Below, piece after piece: positions 29,680 to 40,047 of a stretch of DNA of 64,000 bases. The stretch spans positions 320,001-384,000 of the forward strand of contig CBDCKW010000009.1 of the NCBI GenBank assembly GCA_965218435.1, in the 5' to 3' direction. Under the pieces are notes generated by a model that did no database searches, had not been told where the DNA came from, and saw only the letters and a list, made by a program, of their open reading frames with translations. Origin of the DNA: Truepera sp. Lineage in GTDB: Bacteria; Deinococcota; Deinococci; Deinococcales; Trueperaceae. Within the stretch, counting starts at the first letter, position 1. Every line of letters starts with the position of its first letter. The translations under genes and the position numbers were made by a program.

Positions 29680-30811
29680 GCCCTTCGCTCCCCTTTTCGG
29701 AAGGTTTCTGGCTTCTGATGTCCCCTTTAAGATAATCCCAGATGGCCTCTAACCTACCCAGCAAATATAGCTCACGCACCCAGCGGCGGTGGGGCCGCGC
29801 CGGATAGCCTGCCCAGGTCTCGCCTGCCGGAACGCTTTTGAGGACGCTCGAGCCCCCCGCAACCCTGACCCCGTCGCCGAGCTGAACATGGTCGGTGACA
29901 CCGACCTGCCCCCCCAGCACGACGCCGCGCCCGAGCACCGTGCTCCCGCCGACCGCCGACGCGCCTGCGATTACACAGTCCGGCCCTATCACCACGTTAT
30001 GCCCAATCTGACAGAGGTTGTCAATTTTGCTCCGTGCGCCGATACGGGTTTCTGCGAGTGTCCCACGGTCAATACAGCTGTTCGCCCCGACCTCGACGTC
30101 AGCTTCCAACACGGCCGTCCCGTGATGATAGATTTTGAGCGCACCTTGCGGCCCGAAGGCGTAACCAAAGCCGTCGCCGCCGACCACGACGCCGCTGTGC
30201 AAGATGACCCGCGCCCCAAGCTGGACCCCCGGATAGAGCGTAACGTTGGCGTGGAGCAGCGTTGCCTCACCGACCAAGGCACCTTCACCGACGACGCACC
30301 CCGCTCCGATACGGCAACCGTCACCTAGCTGAACGCCTGCGCCGATTACGGTCCCCGCCCCGATACTGACCCCTTCACCGAGCACGGCGTCCGGGTGAAC
30401 GACGGCTGTTGCTGCGATAGTCGCCTTGGGCGTGGGAGGCGCGAAGATGGCCGTCAGCTTTGCGAACGCGAACCGGGTGTCGGGTACGGTGATAACCGGG
30501 CAAAAGACGGAACCCAGCCTTTCCGCGCCAGCCTCCGGTACGACAAGCGCACCCAAAAATTGTGTCACACGTTCCGAATCCTCACGGGTTTGAAACGCCT
30601 GAACTTCTTCGGCGGACAAGACGACGACGCTGCCGGACAGAGGTGAGTCGTTCAGAGTGCTGGACGCAACCAGCGCGGTAATGGCGCGGTTTTCTCCGAC
30701 GAGTTGACCGCCGAGCTGCGCGGCTAAGGTGGCCGCGTCGCCCAAGTTTTTTGCGCCTGGGGCGGGTTGGACGACCGTATCTGTGGCAGTGTCCGGCACC
30801 GTCTCTGTCAT
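29672..30811 (-). CDS. lpxD: UDP-3-O-acylglucosamine N-acyltransferase LpxD
   Basis: Hexapeptide repeats, [33 protein letters not shown]. Confidence 0.95.
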   Translation of the reverse strand: MTETVPDTATDTVVQPAPGAKNLGDAATLAAQLGGQLVGENRAITALVASSTLNDSPLSGSVVVLSAEEVQAFQTREDSERVTQFLGALVVPEAGAERLGSVFCPVITVPDTRFAFAKLTAIFAPPTPKATIAATAVVHPDAVLGEGVSIGAGTVIGAGVQLGDGCRIGAGCVVGEGALVGEATLLHANVTLYPGVQLGARVILHSGVVVGGDGFGYAFGPQGALKIYHHGTAVLEADVEVGANSCIDRGTLAETRIGARSKIDNLCQIGHNVVIGPDCVIAGASAVGGSTVLGRGVVLGGQVGVTDHVQLGDGVRVAGGSSVLKSVPAGETWAGYPARPHRRWVRELYLLGRLEAIWDYLKGDIRSQKPSEKGSEGRD

Positions 30812-32655
30812 GGACGCTCCAGCATAGGCGTAAAAACGTCCGTAAAACCTAGATTGAGGCTCGGCTCGAGCGGCGGTTCCTCGAGCGGACCTTCTCGAGG
30901 CTCCGTCTGGGGCAAATCAGGCGCGACTTCGGGCGCTCCCGGTTCGTCACCCGGTTTCGTCCCCGGTTTTTGGGGTTTAGCCGCAGGTTTTGGACCCCGC
31001 ACCTTTAGGTCTACCACTTCACTTCCCGAGACCAGGTACGGCAAACTGAGCCGCGTCAAAAGCCGGGGTTCACCGTCAATCCTGGCCTCGACGACGAGTT
31101 CACTCGCCTGCACGTTGGTCTCGAGCCCCGCTAAGAGCTCGGCAAACGACAGCAGCGGGCGCTGTTCTTCGCCGTCCGCTGGAGTTGCGCCGCCGCGCAC
31201 CGTCAGCGTCACCGCGCCGCGTAAGCTGGGCGGCAGCCGCACTTTGACGCGCTCAACTACCGGGTCCGCACGGTAGGGTTGCAGCCGCACATTTAAGAAG
31301 AGTGTCGCCGCCGCCTTGAGCGTTTTTCGCTCCGGGACAACCTTAACGAGTTCAGCGCCCTGCTGCGACCTGTTGTACGAGATGCTCATAGAGACGCGCT
31401 CAACCTCGGCGGCCCGAAACGGATTGTCGGCAAAAATGGCCAGAGGTTCAGCGGCAAGCTGAGCGGCGGCAAAAGCTACATCGTCGGGGGAGGCAGTCTG
31501 CTCGAGTGCCCGCACCCGTCGCCCTCCCTTAAGGGTAAGGTCCCAGGCCAGCTCAGCGGTGCCGCTCCGCCGCGCCTCTAACAGTTCATCAAACGCTTGC
31601 AACGTCGCCGAGGCGAGGAGCGGCGCGTAGAGACGTTCGTCTTCGGTCACCTCGAAGCGTTTTTTAAGTGCGCCCGCGTCGCCGCTAAAGTTGAGCGTGA
31701 CCGGGATGAACTTAGGTGCTTGGCCCAGCCTGCCACTAATTGCGTAGGGCCGGTCTTGGGTGACGCTGCCGAGCACGCGCCTGCCGCTGTCGGCGAGCTT
31801 AAACGGGGTGGTGCGGCTCGGTACGAGCGCCGTCACATACGCGGGCGCGAGCGCAAACGACGCCGGGCCGCCGCCCAAGAGCGGATGCCCGAACGCCCAA
31901 AACGCGCCGTCTTCGGTGAGTGTCAGCGTCCCGACCGCTGCCACCGTGACGTCTCCCCGGACGAGCTGTACGCTGATGGCGCTCCCCGGTTGAAGGACGA
32001 ACGCTTTATCCTGCTTGGCGTACCCGTTTTGGCTGTATCCGCCCGTCGGGAGGGTGAGGGGCTCGAGCCCGTCGGCTAACAGCGGCCCTAAAAACGTACT
32101 CGCCCGCTCCGACACCCCCGAGAGGAGTAACGGGGTGCGGACAGGCGCGGCGTCCCTAAAGTTGACCCTCGGGCCGAATGCGGCGGCTTGTAGGCGCTCG
32201 CCGCTCCGTGGGTCGGTGCGGCGCATCGTTGCAACCGGAGTCACGAGACCCAGACCACCGGTGCTCTCGGGAAAGGTAAAGCTGATGGCACCTAACAGTG
32301 CGTCTTTGCCCTTAAACTGCAGATAAACCGGGCTGCCGCTCATCCCCGAGGCGATGCCCCCGGCCTCTTCAATAACCCGGCCGCTGGCCCGTACCAGCAC
32401 CAGCGGAAAACCTGCCCCGGCGTCGTACTGCAGCGCCAAAACCTCGACCTTAAAACGTTCGATACGGTTTCCTGCCACAGCGGTCAGGGCGTACCCGGTC
32501 TGACCGGCGCTCAGCGCCGTAAGCGGGAATGTCGGGGTTGCAGCGTAGGCGACGCTGACACCAAAAATACCCAGTAACAACGCCCCGAAAGCGCCCGCTT
32601 TGTGGGCGCTGAAGCTGGCCCAAATCAAATTGAGGGTAATAAGGGGGAGTTTCAT
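30808..32655 (-). CDS. Exported SpoIVB-type peptidase S55 domain protein
   Basis: N-terminal hydrophobic segment; [16 protein letters not shown]...AFGHP, FKL motifs; Pro-rich tail. Confidence 0.85.
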   Translation of the reverse strand: MKLPLITLNLIWASFSAHKAGAFGALLLGIFGVSVAYAATPTFPLTALSAGQTGYALTAVAGNRIERFKVEVLALQYDAGAGFPLVLVRASGRVIEEAGGIASGMSGSPVYLQFKGKDALLGAISFTFPESTGGLGLVTPVATMRRTDPRSGERLQAAAFGPRVNFRDAAPVRTPLLLSGVSERASTFLGPLLADGLEPLTLPTGGYSQNGYAKQDKAFVLQPGSAISVQLVRGDVTVAAVGTLTLTEDGAFWAFGHPLLGGGPASFALAPAYVTALVPSRTTPFKLADSGRRVLGSVTQDRPYAISGRLGQAPKFIPVTLNFSGDAGALKKRFEVTEDERLYAPLLASATLQAFDELLEARRSGTAELAWDLTLKGGRRVRALEQTASPDDVAFAAAQLAAEPLAIFADNPFRAAEVERVSMSISYNRSQQGAELVKVVPERKTLKAAATLFLNVRLQPYRADPVVERVKVRLPPSLRGAVTLTVRGGATPADGEEQRPLLSFAELLAGLETNVQASELVVEARIDGEPRLLTRLSLPYLVSGSEVVDLKVRGPKPAAKPQKPGTKPGDEPGAPEVAPDLPQTEPREGPLEEPPLEPSLNLGFTDVFTPMLERP

Positions 32656-32715
32656 AGCGGTAGAAGATAAAGAATCATAACGGAGTCGGGCAACTACCTT
32701 TCGGGTCGGGACGAT

Positions 32716-33753
32716 CTACCTGGCTTGCTCGAGCACAAGGTCTAGCTGTTCGGTGAGCGCGAGCGCCTTGCCGGTACCCAGCACCGTAGCGTCGGAGGCG
32801 TTTTCGGCGACTCTGGCGCGAATACCGGTCGTCTCTTGTAAAAGCTCGGCTAAGTTGGCGATGGGGGCGCTGCCTCCGGTCAACACCATGCCTGTATCAA
32901 TCACGTCTGCGACCAGTTCGGGCGGCGCGGCTTCTAACACCCGCTGGACCCCGGCGGCGAGCTTCTCGAGCGGGTCGCGCAGAGCCTGGGCTACTTCGTC
33001 AGCGGTGACCACAACCTCTTTAACCACGCTGCTGGCGAGGTCGCGTCCACGAACCTCGAAGCTGTCGGTTCGTTCAAGACCGACGCCGACTTGCGCCGTG
33101 CCGACGCGCAGCTTGATCTCCTCGGCGCTCCGGTCACCGATCAGCACATTTTGCTGCTGCCGGACAAACCGCACAATCGCCTCGTCAAATTCGTTGCCGG
33201 CCAGCCGTAACGATTCGCCCACCACGACGCCGCCCAAACTGATGATAGCCACGTCCGCCGTACCGCCGCCGACGTCTACGACCAGCGAGCCGGTCGGTTC
33301 GGTTACGGGCAACCCGGCACCGAGCGCGGCCGCGAGCGGCGTTTCGATAAGCTGAACACGCTTTGCGCCGGTGTCGCGGACCGTTTGTAACACGTTCCTT
33401 TTGTCGGCGTCGGTGACGCCGCCGGGAACACAGAGCAAGATGTGTTGCCCCAGCAAGCGGCTCGGCCCGGTTTTTACGCGGCTAAAAAGCGCCTGTAGCA
33501 GCTCTTTAGTGAGCGCGTGGTCGGCAATAATGCCGTCTTGCAGCGGCCTCACCACTACAGTATTGCCGGGGTCACGGCCGAGCCGCCGGTAGGCGTCGTC
33601 ACCGACGGCTTGCACCTCGCCGGTTTTAGCGAGAGCGACGACTGCAGGTTCGCGGAGGACGATTTTGCCTCCGGCGCAGATGCGCACCGTCGTCGTACCC
33701 AGATCAACGCCGAGTTCTTGGGGTTTAAGCTGAGGTCTAAAGCGGGCGCTCAT
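32716..33753 (-). CDS. mreB: Rod shape-determining actin homologue MreB/Mbl
   Basis: GVDLGT, EPAVVA, RPLQDGIIAD, VDVGGGT, AEEIK, LTGG. Confidence 0.9.
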   Translation of the reverse strand: MSARFRPQLKPQELGVDLGTTTVRICAGGKIVLREPAVVALAKTGEVQAVGDDAYRRLGRDPGNTVVVRPLQDGIIADHALTKELLQALFSRVKTGPSRLLGQHILLCVPGGVTDADKRNVLQTVRDTGAKRVQLIETPLAAALGAGLPVTEPTGSLVVDVGGGTADVAIISLGGVVVGESLRLAGNEFDEAIVRFVRQQQNVLIGDRSAEEIKLRVGTAQVGVGLERTDSFEVRGRDLASSVVKEVVVTADEVAQALRDPLEKLAAGVQRVLEAAPPELVADVIDTGMVLTGGSAPIANLAELLQETTGIRARVAENASDATVLGTGKALALTEQLDLVLEQAR

Positions 33754-33839
33754 ACTTTTTCCAGACGGGCGTATACCAGAGGGACATAAGCGGTGGGGTC
33801 AGCGCAGAAGTTACGGTCATCACGGTGAGGTGCAGTATA

Positions 33840-33943
33840 CCCTGCGCACTAAAACCCTGCGCACTAGAACCTTGCGCACTAGAACCTTGCGCACTAGAAC
33901 CTTGCGCACTAGAACCTTGCGCACTAGAACCTTGCGCACCAAA
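33840..33943. repeat. 15-bp VNTR, about 7 units
   Basis: CCTTGCGCACTAGAA core x4 flanked by 3 variant units; no spacers. Confidence 0.95.
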
Positions 33944-34269
33944 GTCAGACCTCATCCGGGTTAGGGCTCGAGTCCACTCAGCCGCTACATAAAATCCTGC
34001 TTAGTACACGGCAAAAAACAGTTTTACGAGTCTGGAACGGGCTGTTGAGCCCTCTGAAAAGTAGCGTTCATGTCTCCCTAGATTGCTGTCTAGGACGATC
34101 TTTAAGGCGATCTACCGAGTCATGCTCAGGCAGACAAACATCTTCTTGTCTAGCTTATGCAACAAAGCACGTTCTGGATAAAGTTGCTAAAAAATTGTCG
34201 TGTACTTAGAACCCTGTACAAATCGGGGTTCGGCAGTCGCTTAAAGACAAATAAAGACAAAGCAGTCGC

Positions 34270-34863
34270 TTAGAGATAGATAGGTGAAACGGTGCTTGTG
34301 CCCGCCTCGGCACCTCGTCCAGCGTACTGTTCGGCGCATCGGGCGAGATAACTCGCAGCCGGGGGTACCCCTTCAAAATAGGGGAAATCCGAGTTTTGGG
34401 CCAGGTTTTGCGCTGCCGTCCGCTCGAGCTTTTTAAGCTCCCCCTCTTGCACTAGTCTGCCCGCTTGCCAGCCAAAGACACCGGCATAAACGTTGTCCCG
34501 GCGGGCGTCTAACGCGACGACGCCGCGCGGCTCGTACGCGCCTAACACACCGGCAGCCATCGCTGCCAAGGTGCTTTCGCCGCGCACAGGAACGCCTAAA
34601 CCTCGCGCAATCCCTTTAGCCGCCGCGACGCCGACCCGCAACCCGGTATACGAGCCCGGTCCGACGCCGACGCCGACACCCTCGAGGTGCGCCGGGGTTA
34701 GCTCGGCCTCTTTTAGAAGGTCGCTTAGCGCGGCCGGTAGCCGCGCTGCATGGTCACGGCCCACGGTTTCACAGCTCGAGGCGAGCAGACCATCCCTATA
34801 AAGTGCGAGTGCCAGGTAAGGCGTAGAACAGTCCACACCGAGATAAGCCATAGCTTTAAGCAT
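34270..34863 (-). CDS. tsaB: t6A biosynthesis protein TsaB
   Basis: LGVDCST, GPGSYTGLRVG, DARRDNVY. Confidence 0.95.
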   Translation of the reverse strand: MLKAMAYLGVDCSTPYLALALYRDGLLASSCETVGRDHAARLPAALSDLLKEAELTPAHLEGVGVGVGPGSYTGLRVGVAAAKGIARGLGVPVRGESTLAAMAAGVLGAYEPRGVVALDARRDNVYAGVFGWQAGRLVQEGELKKLERTAAQNLAQNSDFPYFEGVPPAASYLARCAEQYAGRGAEAGTSTVSPIYL

Positions 34864-34867
34864 AGCG

Positions 34868-35290
34868 TTAAAAGAGGACTTGATCGCCTTGGGTTACGGC
34901 GGCGCGGCGCGCGCTGCCGGTCAGCGACAACTGCACGACCAGCGCGTCCGGAAACGTCTTTAACAAACCTTTGCCCCACTCGACCGCAACGAGCCGTGCG
35001 CGGGCCAGATAATCTTCCAAACCCAGTTCAAAAAGTGCCTCCGTGCCCTCTAAACGGTAAGCGTCAATATGAACGAGCACGCCCTCAGGCGTCGGGTATT
35101 CGTGGATGAGCGTATAGGTAGGACTGCTGATCTGTGCGCTACTCCCGAGGGCGCGTCCGAGCGCCTGGACCAGCGCCGTTTTGCCCGCGCCGAGAGGCCC
35201 TAGCAAGATGAGCAGCGATCCGGGCGGTGCGTGGCGGACGAGTTCGTGAGCGAGTCTTTGCGTGTCTGCGAGTGAGCCGAGCGTGGCCAT
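34868..35290 (-). CDS. tsaE: t6A biosynthesis ATPase TsaE
   Basis: GPLGAGKT, SPTYTL, HIDAYRL, VEW. Confidence 0.96.
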   Translation of the reverse strand: MATLGSLADTQRLAHELVRHAPPGSLLILLGPLGAGKTALVQALGRALGSSAQISSPTYTLIHEYPTPEGVLVHIDAYRLEGTEALFELGLEDYLARARLVAVEWGKGLLKTFPDALVVQLSLTGSARRAAVTQGDQVLF

Positions 35291-35330
35291 ACCCTTATTA
35301 TGTGCAGGTCGTATGCAGGTTTGCAGCGGT

Positions 35331-37364
35331 TTAAGAAGGTGTAGCGACCGGCTCGAGGAGCCGGGTCAGTTCGGGCAGTGCGCCCGCGACGGACTTTCGC
35401 GCCACGCCGAGCCAGCCCGGAGCGTAGGTCACAAGGGCGAGGCTATGGGCGCGGGACAACCAAAAAATCAGCAGCGTGTACCCTTCGGTTTCAACCGTCA
35501 GGGTCGCGGTGTGGCTGAGCTCTAACCCCTTGCCCAAAGTATCGGCCCGGCGTTTGCTCAGGCGCACGGCTCGCTGCAGCGTTTTGGTTTCGGTCGGCAA
35601 AGCTCCTGAAACGAGCGTGGCGGCGTGGTCGGCGAAAAGGGCGAGTCCGGTGACGCCTTCTTGCGCTGCTTGACGCTCGAGCCATCCCTGCACTGTACCG
35701 GCCCCGTGCGGTGGGATGGGCAGTTCTGAAAGCTGAGCAGCCTTCTGCTCGAGTCCTGTATCTTCTGGTCCTTCATCTTCTAGCTCTACCTTTTCTAATT
35801 TCTGCGCTGAGGTCGCGGGTTTGGTGGGCGCAGCGAAAAAATCAAAGCCGCCCAGCAGGTCATCTAACGAATCGTTGCCAGCCAGTAGCTGCGACGCGAC
35901 GGCGCGCGTCGCTTCGGCCTCTCTTTGCAAGCTCGAGATCAGCGTCTCGGTGTCTTGCAACTGTGTCTCGAGCTTCGCCTGCTGTTTGGGCGACTGCGCT
36001 GCAAATTGTGCTGCGGCGTGGAGTGACCGGCGGGGCGCAGTCAGCGTCCTGAGTTGCCCGCGCAGCGTCAGCGCCGCGTCGGAATTAAGGCTCGAGAGGG
36101 ACGCGGCGGCGTCTTGCACCGCGCGTAGGCGCGTTTCAAAGCTTTCGGCACTTCGCTGCTGTTCGGCTTTAGCTGCTCCTAAGAGCGCCCAACCCGCCTC
36201 TAACTCAGGGAGCGTACGGCCCGCCTCGAGCGTTTCCCTTACGCCGACCAAAAAGGCCGCCAACGCGCGGCCCGGTTCGTTGGGGACAGCGCGGTAATCG
36301 GCGGCGTCCGTCTCGAGGCGGTGAAAGTCGGCGAGCTGCGCAGAACCTGAGTCGCTCCCACGTAAGAGGTCACGAATCCTAATGACGTCGGCCGCGGGCG
36401 GGAGCATCTTGTCTAAAACTTTGAGCGAGAGTGCCAGCAGCTGCCCGAGTTCGGACTCAGCGCCACCAAGCTGGTCGTTAAGCGCCCCGAACTCCGCTTG
36501 CAATTCCCTTCTCAAAGCTTCGCGCCGCGCTTCCAGCTCGCTACGAAAGGTCTTTAAGGTTTCGCCTAACAGGGTGCCGCCGTCAACCTGCTTTTGCAAC
36601 TCGGTAAGTTTTTCGGCAAGGGTGGGCTCGAGATTTAGCAGCGTGCTGAAGGTGTTGGGGAGCGCCCGCAGTTCCCGCGCCTCTTCGCCCAAAATTCTGA
36701 GCTTTTCAGCGCGCAGGTCACCGGCTAACTGATGCGCCCGCTCGACCTCGGCCGGAACGCGCTGCTGCGCCTCTTGTGCGCCCCGAATCAGCTCTAAAAG
36801 CCCGCTAAGACGCCGCACTTTGGGGCTTTTAAGCATACTGTGCTCTTGCCAGGTGGTTTCTAACAGGGCCAGTTCCCGCGCCTGCACCGAAAGCTGGTCA
36901 TTTAACTTCTGCTGCAAGACCCCGAGTTGAACCCCAGCCGCCGCAATCAGCTCAGCGGCGCTGCGGCCCGCTGCGTGTTCGTTTTCGATCAGCGAGAGCT
37001 GAGCCCGCAACTTTTGCGTTTCGCTCCACTCGAAGTAGATATTAAACGGTTTGGCGGCGGCCTGTAACAGCCCGATCTGCCGAGCTTGCGTGCTCATCGT
37101 AAGCGCCTTGGCTGACCCCGCCGCGGCTTCGATAAGCCGCCCTGAAATCCCTTGCGCCGTCTCTTTGGCTTTGACTTCGCCGAGTGAAGACGTCAGGCGC
37201 GGCAGTACCCGGTTTTGCAAGATGGCTTCGGCGTCTTGTAAGGTAAGCGTCTCTGCAGTTTTTCCGGCGCTCGCCAGTCCTTCGTGCAGCGCCTGCGACA
37301 CGAGTCTAGGAGAGAGCACCGCCTCGAGTTCACGAACCGCTGCTTTATAAAGGGCGTTCGCCAT
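35331..37364 (-). CDS. Coiled-coil protein with probable C-terminal roadblock/LC7-like domain
   Basis: Helical N-terminus with YFEWSETQKLR, long coiled coils, C-terminal about 110-aa alpha/beta domain (EGVTGLALF...TLTVETEGYTLLIF). Confidence 0.65.
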   Translation of the reverse strand: MANALYKAAVRELEAVLSPRLVSQALHEGLASAGKTAETLTLQDAEAILQNRVLPRLTSSLGEVKAKETAQGISGRLIEAAAGSAKALTMSTQARQIGLLQAAAKPFNIYFEWSETQKLRAQLSLIENEHAAGRSAAELIAAAGVQLGVLQQKLNDQLSVQARELALLETTWQEHSMLKSPKVRRLSGLLELIRGAQEAQQRVPAEVERAHQLAGDLRAEKLRILGEEARELRALPNTFSTLLNLEPTLAEKLTELQKQVDGGTLLGETLKTFRSELEARREALRRELQAEFGALNDQLGGAESELGQLLALSLKVLDKMLPPAADVIRIRDLLRGSDSGSAQLADFHRLETDAADYRAVPNEPGRALAAFLVGVRETLEAGRTLPELEAGWALLGAAKAEQQRSAESFETRLRAVQDAAASLSSLNSDAALTLRGQLRTLTAPRRSLHAAAQFAAQSPKQQAKLETQLQDTETLISSLQREAEATRAVASQLLAGNDSLDDLLGGFDFFAAPTKPATSAQKLEKVELEDEGPEDTGLEQKAAQLSELPIPPHGAGTVQGWLERQAAQEGVTGLALFADHAATLVSGALPTETKTLQRAVRLSKRRADTLGKGLELSHTATLTVETEGYTLLIFWLSRAHSLALVTYAPGWLGVARKSVAGALPELTRLLEPVATPS

Positions 37365-37367
37365 ACC

Positions 37368-38963
37368 TTAGAAGTCGTCGTCCCAGTTGAGGGTACCCGT
37401 CGTCAGGGGTGACGACCGGGTAGCTTGGGTAGGTTGCGGCGTAGCGGTGGGTGTAGGCTCTGCCCGAGTCGGTTCGTACTCGGCGTGTGGGTCGCTGTCT
37501 GCTAGCTTCTGATTTGCGCGGGCCGGGGCAGTGCTTCTACTGAGTGCAAGGCAGAGCACCGCTGCGGCAGTCAGCAGCGTCCAGGCAAGTTGCATGACCG
37601 GGTTGATGAAGAGCGAATAAGCTGCTGCTTGCCTTAGGAGTGGTTGGTTAGTGAGCGGCACTAAAAATCCGGCGAGCGCGACGAGCCCTTCAGCAATCGC
37701 CGGTAACAGTAGCAGCGCGAGCGCCGCATCTCGCCACGGCGAAACGCTCACGGCAAATAGCAGCCGGACGAGTCCGATTAAAGCGAGAAAGCCCGCCACC
37801 ATCAAGAAAATGGTGTAGCGTTCCGGCGTTAAAAAGGGAAGTGCCGTGATCGTCTCAGGTTGAACTGTGCCGTTTTGAACCGTGCTGTCTTGAAAATCAG
37901 GTTGAACCGCGTTGTCTTGAAGATCAGATTGAACCGGATCACCCGGCAACGCTGTGGTGGGCGCGTCTGCGGTACCGCTCGCAAGGTCTTCGGTCATGGC
38001 TGCACCGGTGATGGTCGGTACAAACGGCTCGGTAGCCGGATCGGTCGTAGTGGCAGGTGTGCTGGTGGGTGTACTGGTAGCCGTGTTAGCAGCTACGTCG
38101 GCTGAACCGGTCGCGGCGCTCTCTGCGGCTGGGATGGGGCTCTGCGCCGCTGTTTGCGCCGCCGAGTTCTGACCAGCACTATTTTGACCCGTATTATCCT
38201 GCGTAGCACCTGTGTTCGCTCCAACACGTTCGGCTCTGTGGGCAAAACCGGCCAGCTGCGCCTTGAGCAAGGTAACGCCCTGTTCGGTGGGCTGCTCGGT
38301 GACGAGCGCCCGAATCGTTCCGACCACGGTGTCGCGCGTTTCCGGGGGCAGCCTCGGTGAATCTTGTACGAGGAAAATATAGCCGTACACCTGCGCGAGT
38401 GTCCGGTAGCGGCTGCCTAGATCGCCGCCGAACCCGGCCAGCTGAGCGAGGCCGCGCTTCGCTAGCCGCGCTTCAAAGGCACCCTGCAGTTCACGCTGCG
38501 ACGTACCCTTAAACCGGGCGTTCGCCAACCCTAAATCCTGACCCAGCATGTTTAAGAGGTTTCGCGCAGTTGCGGCGTCGCCACCAGCCGCGTCACGGAG
38601 GGCCTGCTGATAGACGGCTCGACCAAAACCGCCTTGCAGCACCGCTGCTTGAACCTGCAGGTCGGTTTCGCTCTGATTGACGATGGCCTCTTCCGCGCGG
38701 CTAAAAGTCTCTTGCAGGCCGCTGCGTAGGGCGGGCTCGAGCGCCTGTCCCAGCGGTGCAAAGGCGGTTTCGGCTTTTCTGAGCGCGTCCAAACTCTCGA
38801 CTTGGTCGGTTGAAAACGCCGCGACGCTCTCTTTTAGCGCCGTGGCCGCGTTTTGATACTCGTTTAAGAGGGACTGGGCGAGGCTCGAGCCCAACCCGAG
38901 CAGGCACAGGGTGGCTAACGTCGTAAGTAACAGTTGGGGACGTTTTGTCGGGGGTTTCATCAA
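37368..38963 (-). CDS. Exported helical protein with low-complexity linker and about 3 C-terminal TM helices
   Basis: Signal peptide (SLA-Q), A/T/P/Q-rich linker, hydrophobic C-terminal segments, AAGGAG RBS. Confidence 0.75.
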   Translation of the reverse strand: MMKPPTKRPQLLLTTLATLCLLGLGSSLAQSLLNEYQNAATALKESVAAFSTDQVESLDALRKAETAFAPLGQALEPALRSGLQETFSRAEEAIVNQSETDLQVQAAVLQGGFGRAVYQQALRDAAGGDAATARNLLNMLGQDLGLANARFKGTSQRELQGAFEARLAKRGLAQLAGFGGDLGSRYRTLAQVYGYIFLVQDSPRLPPETRDTVVGTIRALVTEQPTEQGVTLLKAQLAGFAHRAERVGANTGATQDNTGQNSAGQNSAAQTAAQSPIPAAESAATGSADVAANTATSTPTSTPATTTDPATEPFVPTITGAAMTEDLASGTADAPTTALPGDPVQSDLQDNAVQPDFQDSTVQNGTVQPETITALPFLTPERYTIFLMVAGFLALIGLVRLLFAVSVSPWRDAALALLLLPAIAEGLVALAGFLVPLTNQPLLRQAAAYSLFINPVMQLAWTLLTAAAVLCLALSRSTAPARANQKLADSDPHAEYEPTRAEPTPTATPQPTQATRSSPLTTGTLNWDDDF

Positions 38964-39354
38964 GGGCTCCTTAGGAGTTTCGCCCCGGAGGGTAGAGTAG
39001 CCATAACCGAGTACCGAAGCCGGTCTTTGGGCGCGTTTTAGAGAACTTGCCAGAGCTGCTCTAAAGACCGGTTTGAATAGCCCAGCATACTGCCGAGTAG
39101 GGCGTCCAGGTGTGAAATATCAGCTAGTAACCGTTTGGATCGGCGTCTCTGCTTGCGTCGGCATTCTTACTATCTTGCTACGCTACGCCGTGTTACATTT
39201 TCCCATGCCGTTTGCATTTCTGGCCTTTTCACCCTGCAGTCACCCCCATAGTCATCAAGGTTGTAACCGCTGTTTGCGCCGTCAGCCGTATCTTTGTGTT
39301 TATTAGTGCTTACAGCGTCCTCTTTAGGTGGCGTAGACGCCCGTACGGATCCCG

Positions 39355-39999
39355 ATGCCCGCTGATGTAACCGGTGCGCCCACCCCGGCTGAGCGCCCCG
39401 GTATTTTGTTTGTCATGACCGGCGCGTCGGGCGTCGGGAAAGATACGATTCGGCAGGCAGCTCTGCCGAACGTTGACCTCTACTTTTCCATCTCGGCGAC
39501 GACGCGGGGCCGCCGTCCCGGTGAAACGCACGGCAAACAGTACTTTTTTTACGAAAAAGAGGCGTTTCAAACGCTGCTCGCCGAGGACGCGCTGTTAGAG
39601 TACGCCGAATACGTCGGCGACTTTTACGGGACGCCGGTAGAGCCGGTGCAAACTGCACTGGCAGGGGGCCGAGACGTGCTTTTAGAGCTCGAGCTCGTCG
39701 GTGCTAGACAGGTCAAACAAAGGCTACCCAACGCGGTGATGATCTTTATCGCGCCGCCAAGTTTGAGCGAGCTCGAGCGCCGTTTGCGCGGGCGCGGGAC
39801 CGACTCCGAAAGCCGGATTCAAAAACGTCTCGCCCGCGCTCGTGAAGAGATTCGCGCCGTTCAAGAGTTTGATTACGTGGTCGTTAATGACACCTTGCCG
39901 ACGGCAGTCCGCGATTTTTGCAGTATTATCTACGCTGAGCGTGCTCGCACGTCACTTTTGAGTCGGCGCGAGATCGCCAACTTTTTGCGTGAACTGTAA
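39355..39999 (+). CDS. gmk: Guanylate kinase
   Basis: GASGVGKDT, SATTR..RPGE, YGTP, LERRLRGRGTD. Confidence 0.97.
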   Translation: MPADVTGAPTPAERPGILFVMTGASGVGKDTIRQAALPNVDLYFSISATTRGRRPGETHGKQYFFYEKEAFQTLLAEDALLEYAEYVGDFYGTPVEPVQTALAGGRDVLLELELVGARQVKQRLPNAVMIFIAPPSLSELERRLRGRGTDSESRIQKRLARAREEIRAVQEFDYVVVNDTLPTAVRDFCSIIYAERARTSLLSRREIANFLREL

Positions 40000-40047
40000 C
40001 GCTTTGTCGCGGCTAGGACGCAGCAGAGCTAAACTAAGGAGACAACC

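Noticed and set aside
33840..33943. Possible CRISPR array
   Set aside because: Contiguous 15-bp units with no unique spacers, and no cas genes; it is a VNTR.
33737..33955. 72-aa ORF with AQGSS repeats
   Set aside because: The open frame is explained by the stop-free 15-bp repeat; no RBS or family signal.
39017..39074. Long imperfect inverted repeat as riboswitch or ncRNA
   Set aside because: No recognisable aptamer motifs; pairing is better on the strand opposite the nearby gene.
39073..39306. 77-aa hydrophobic ORF upstream of gmk
   Set aside because: TTG start without RBS in a divergent promoter region; no family features.
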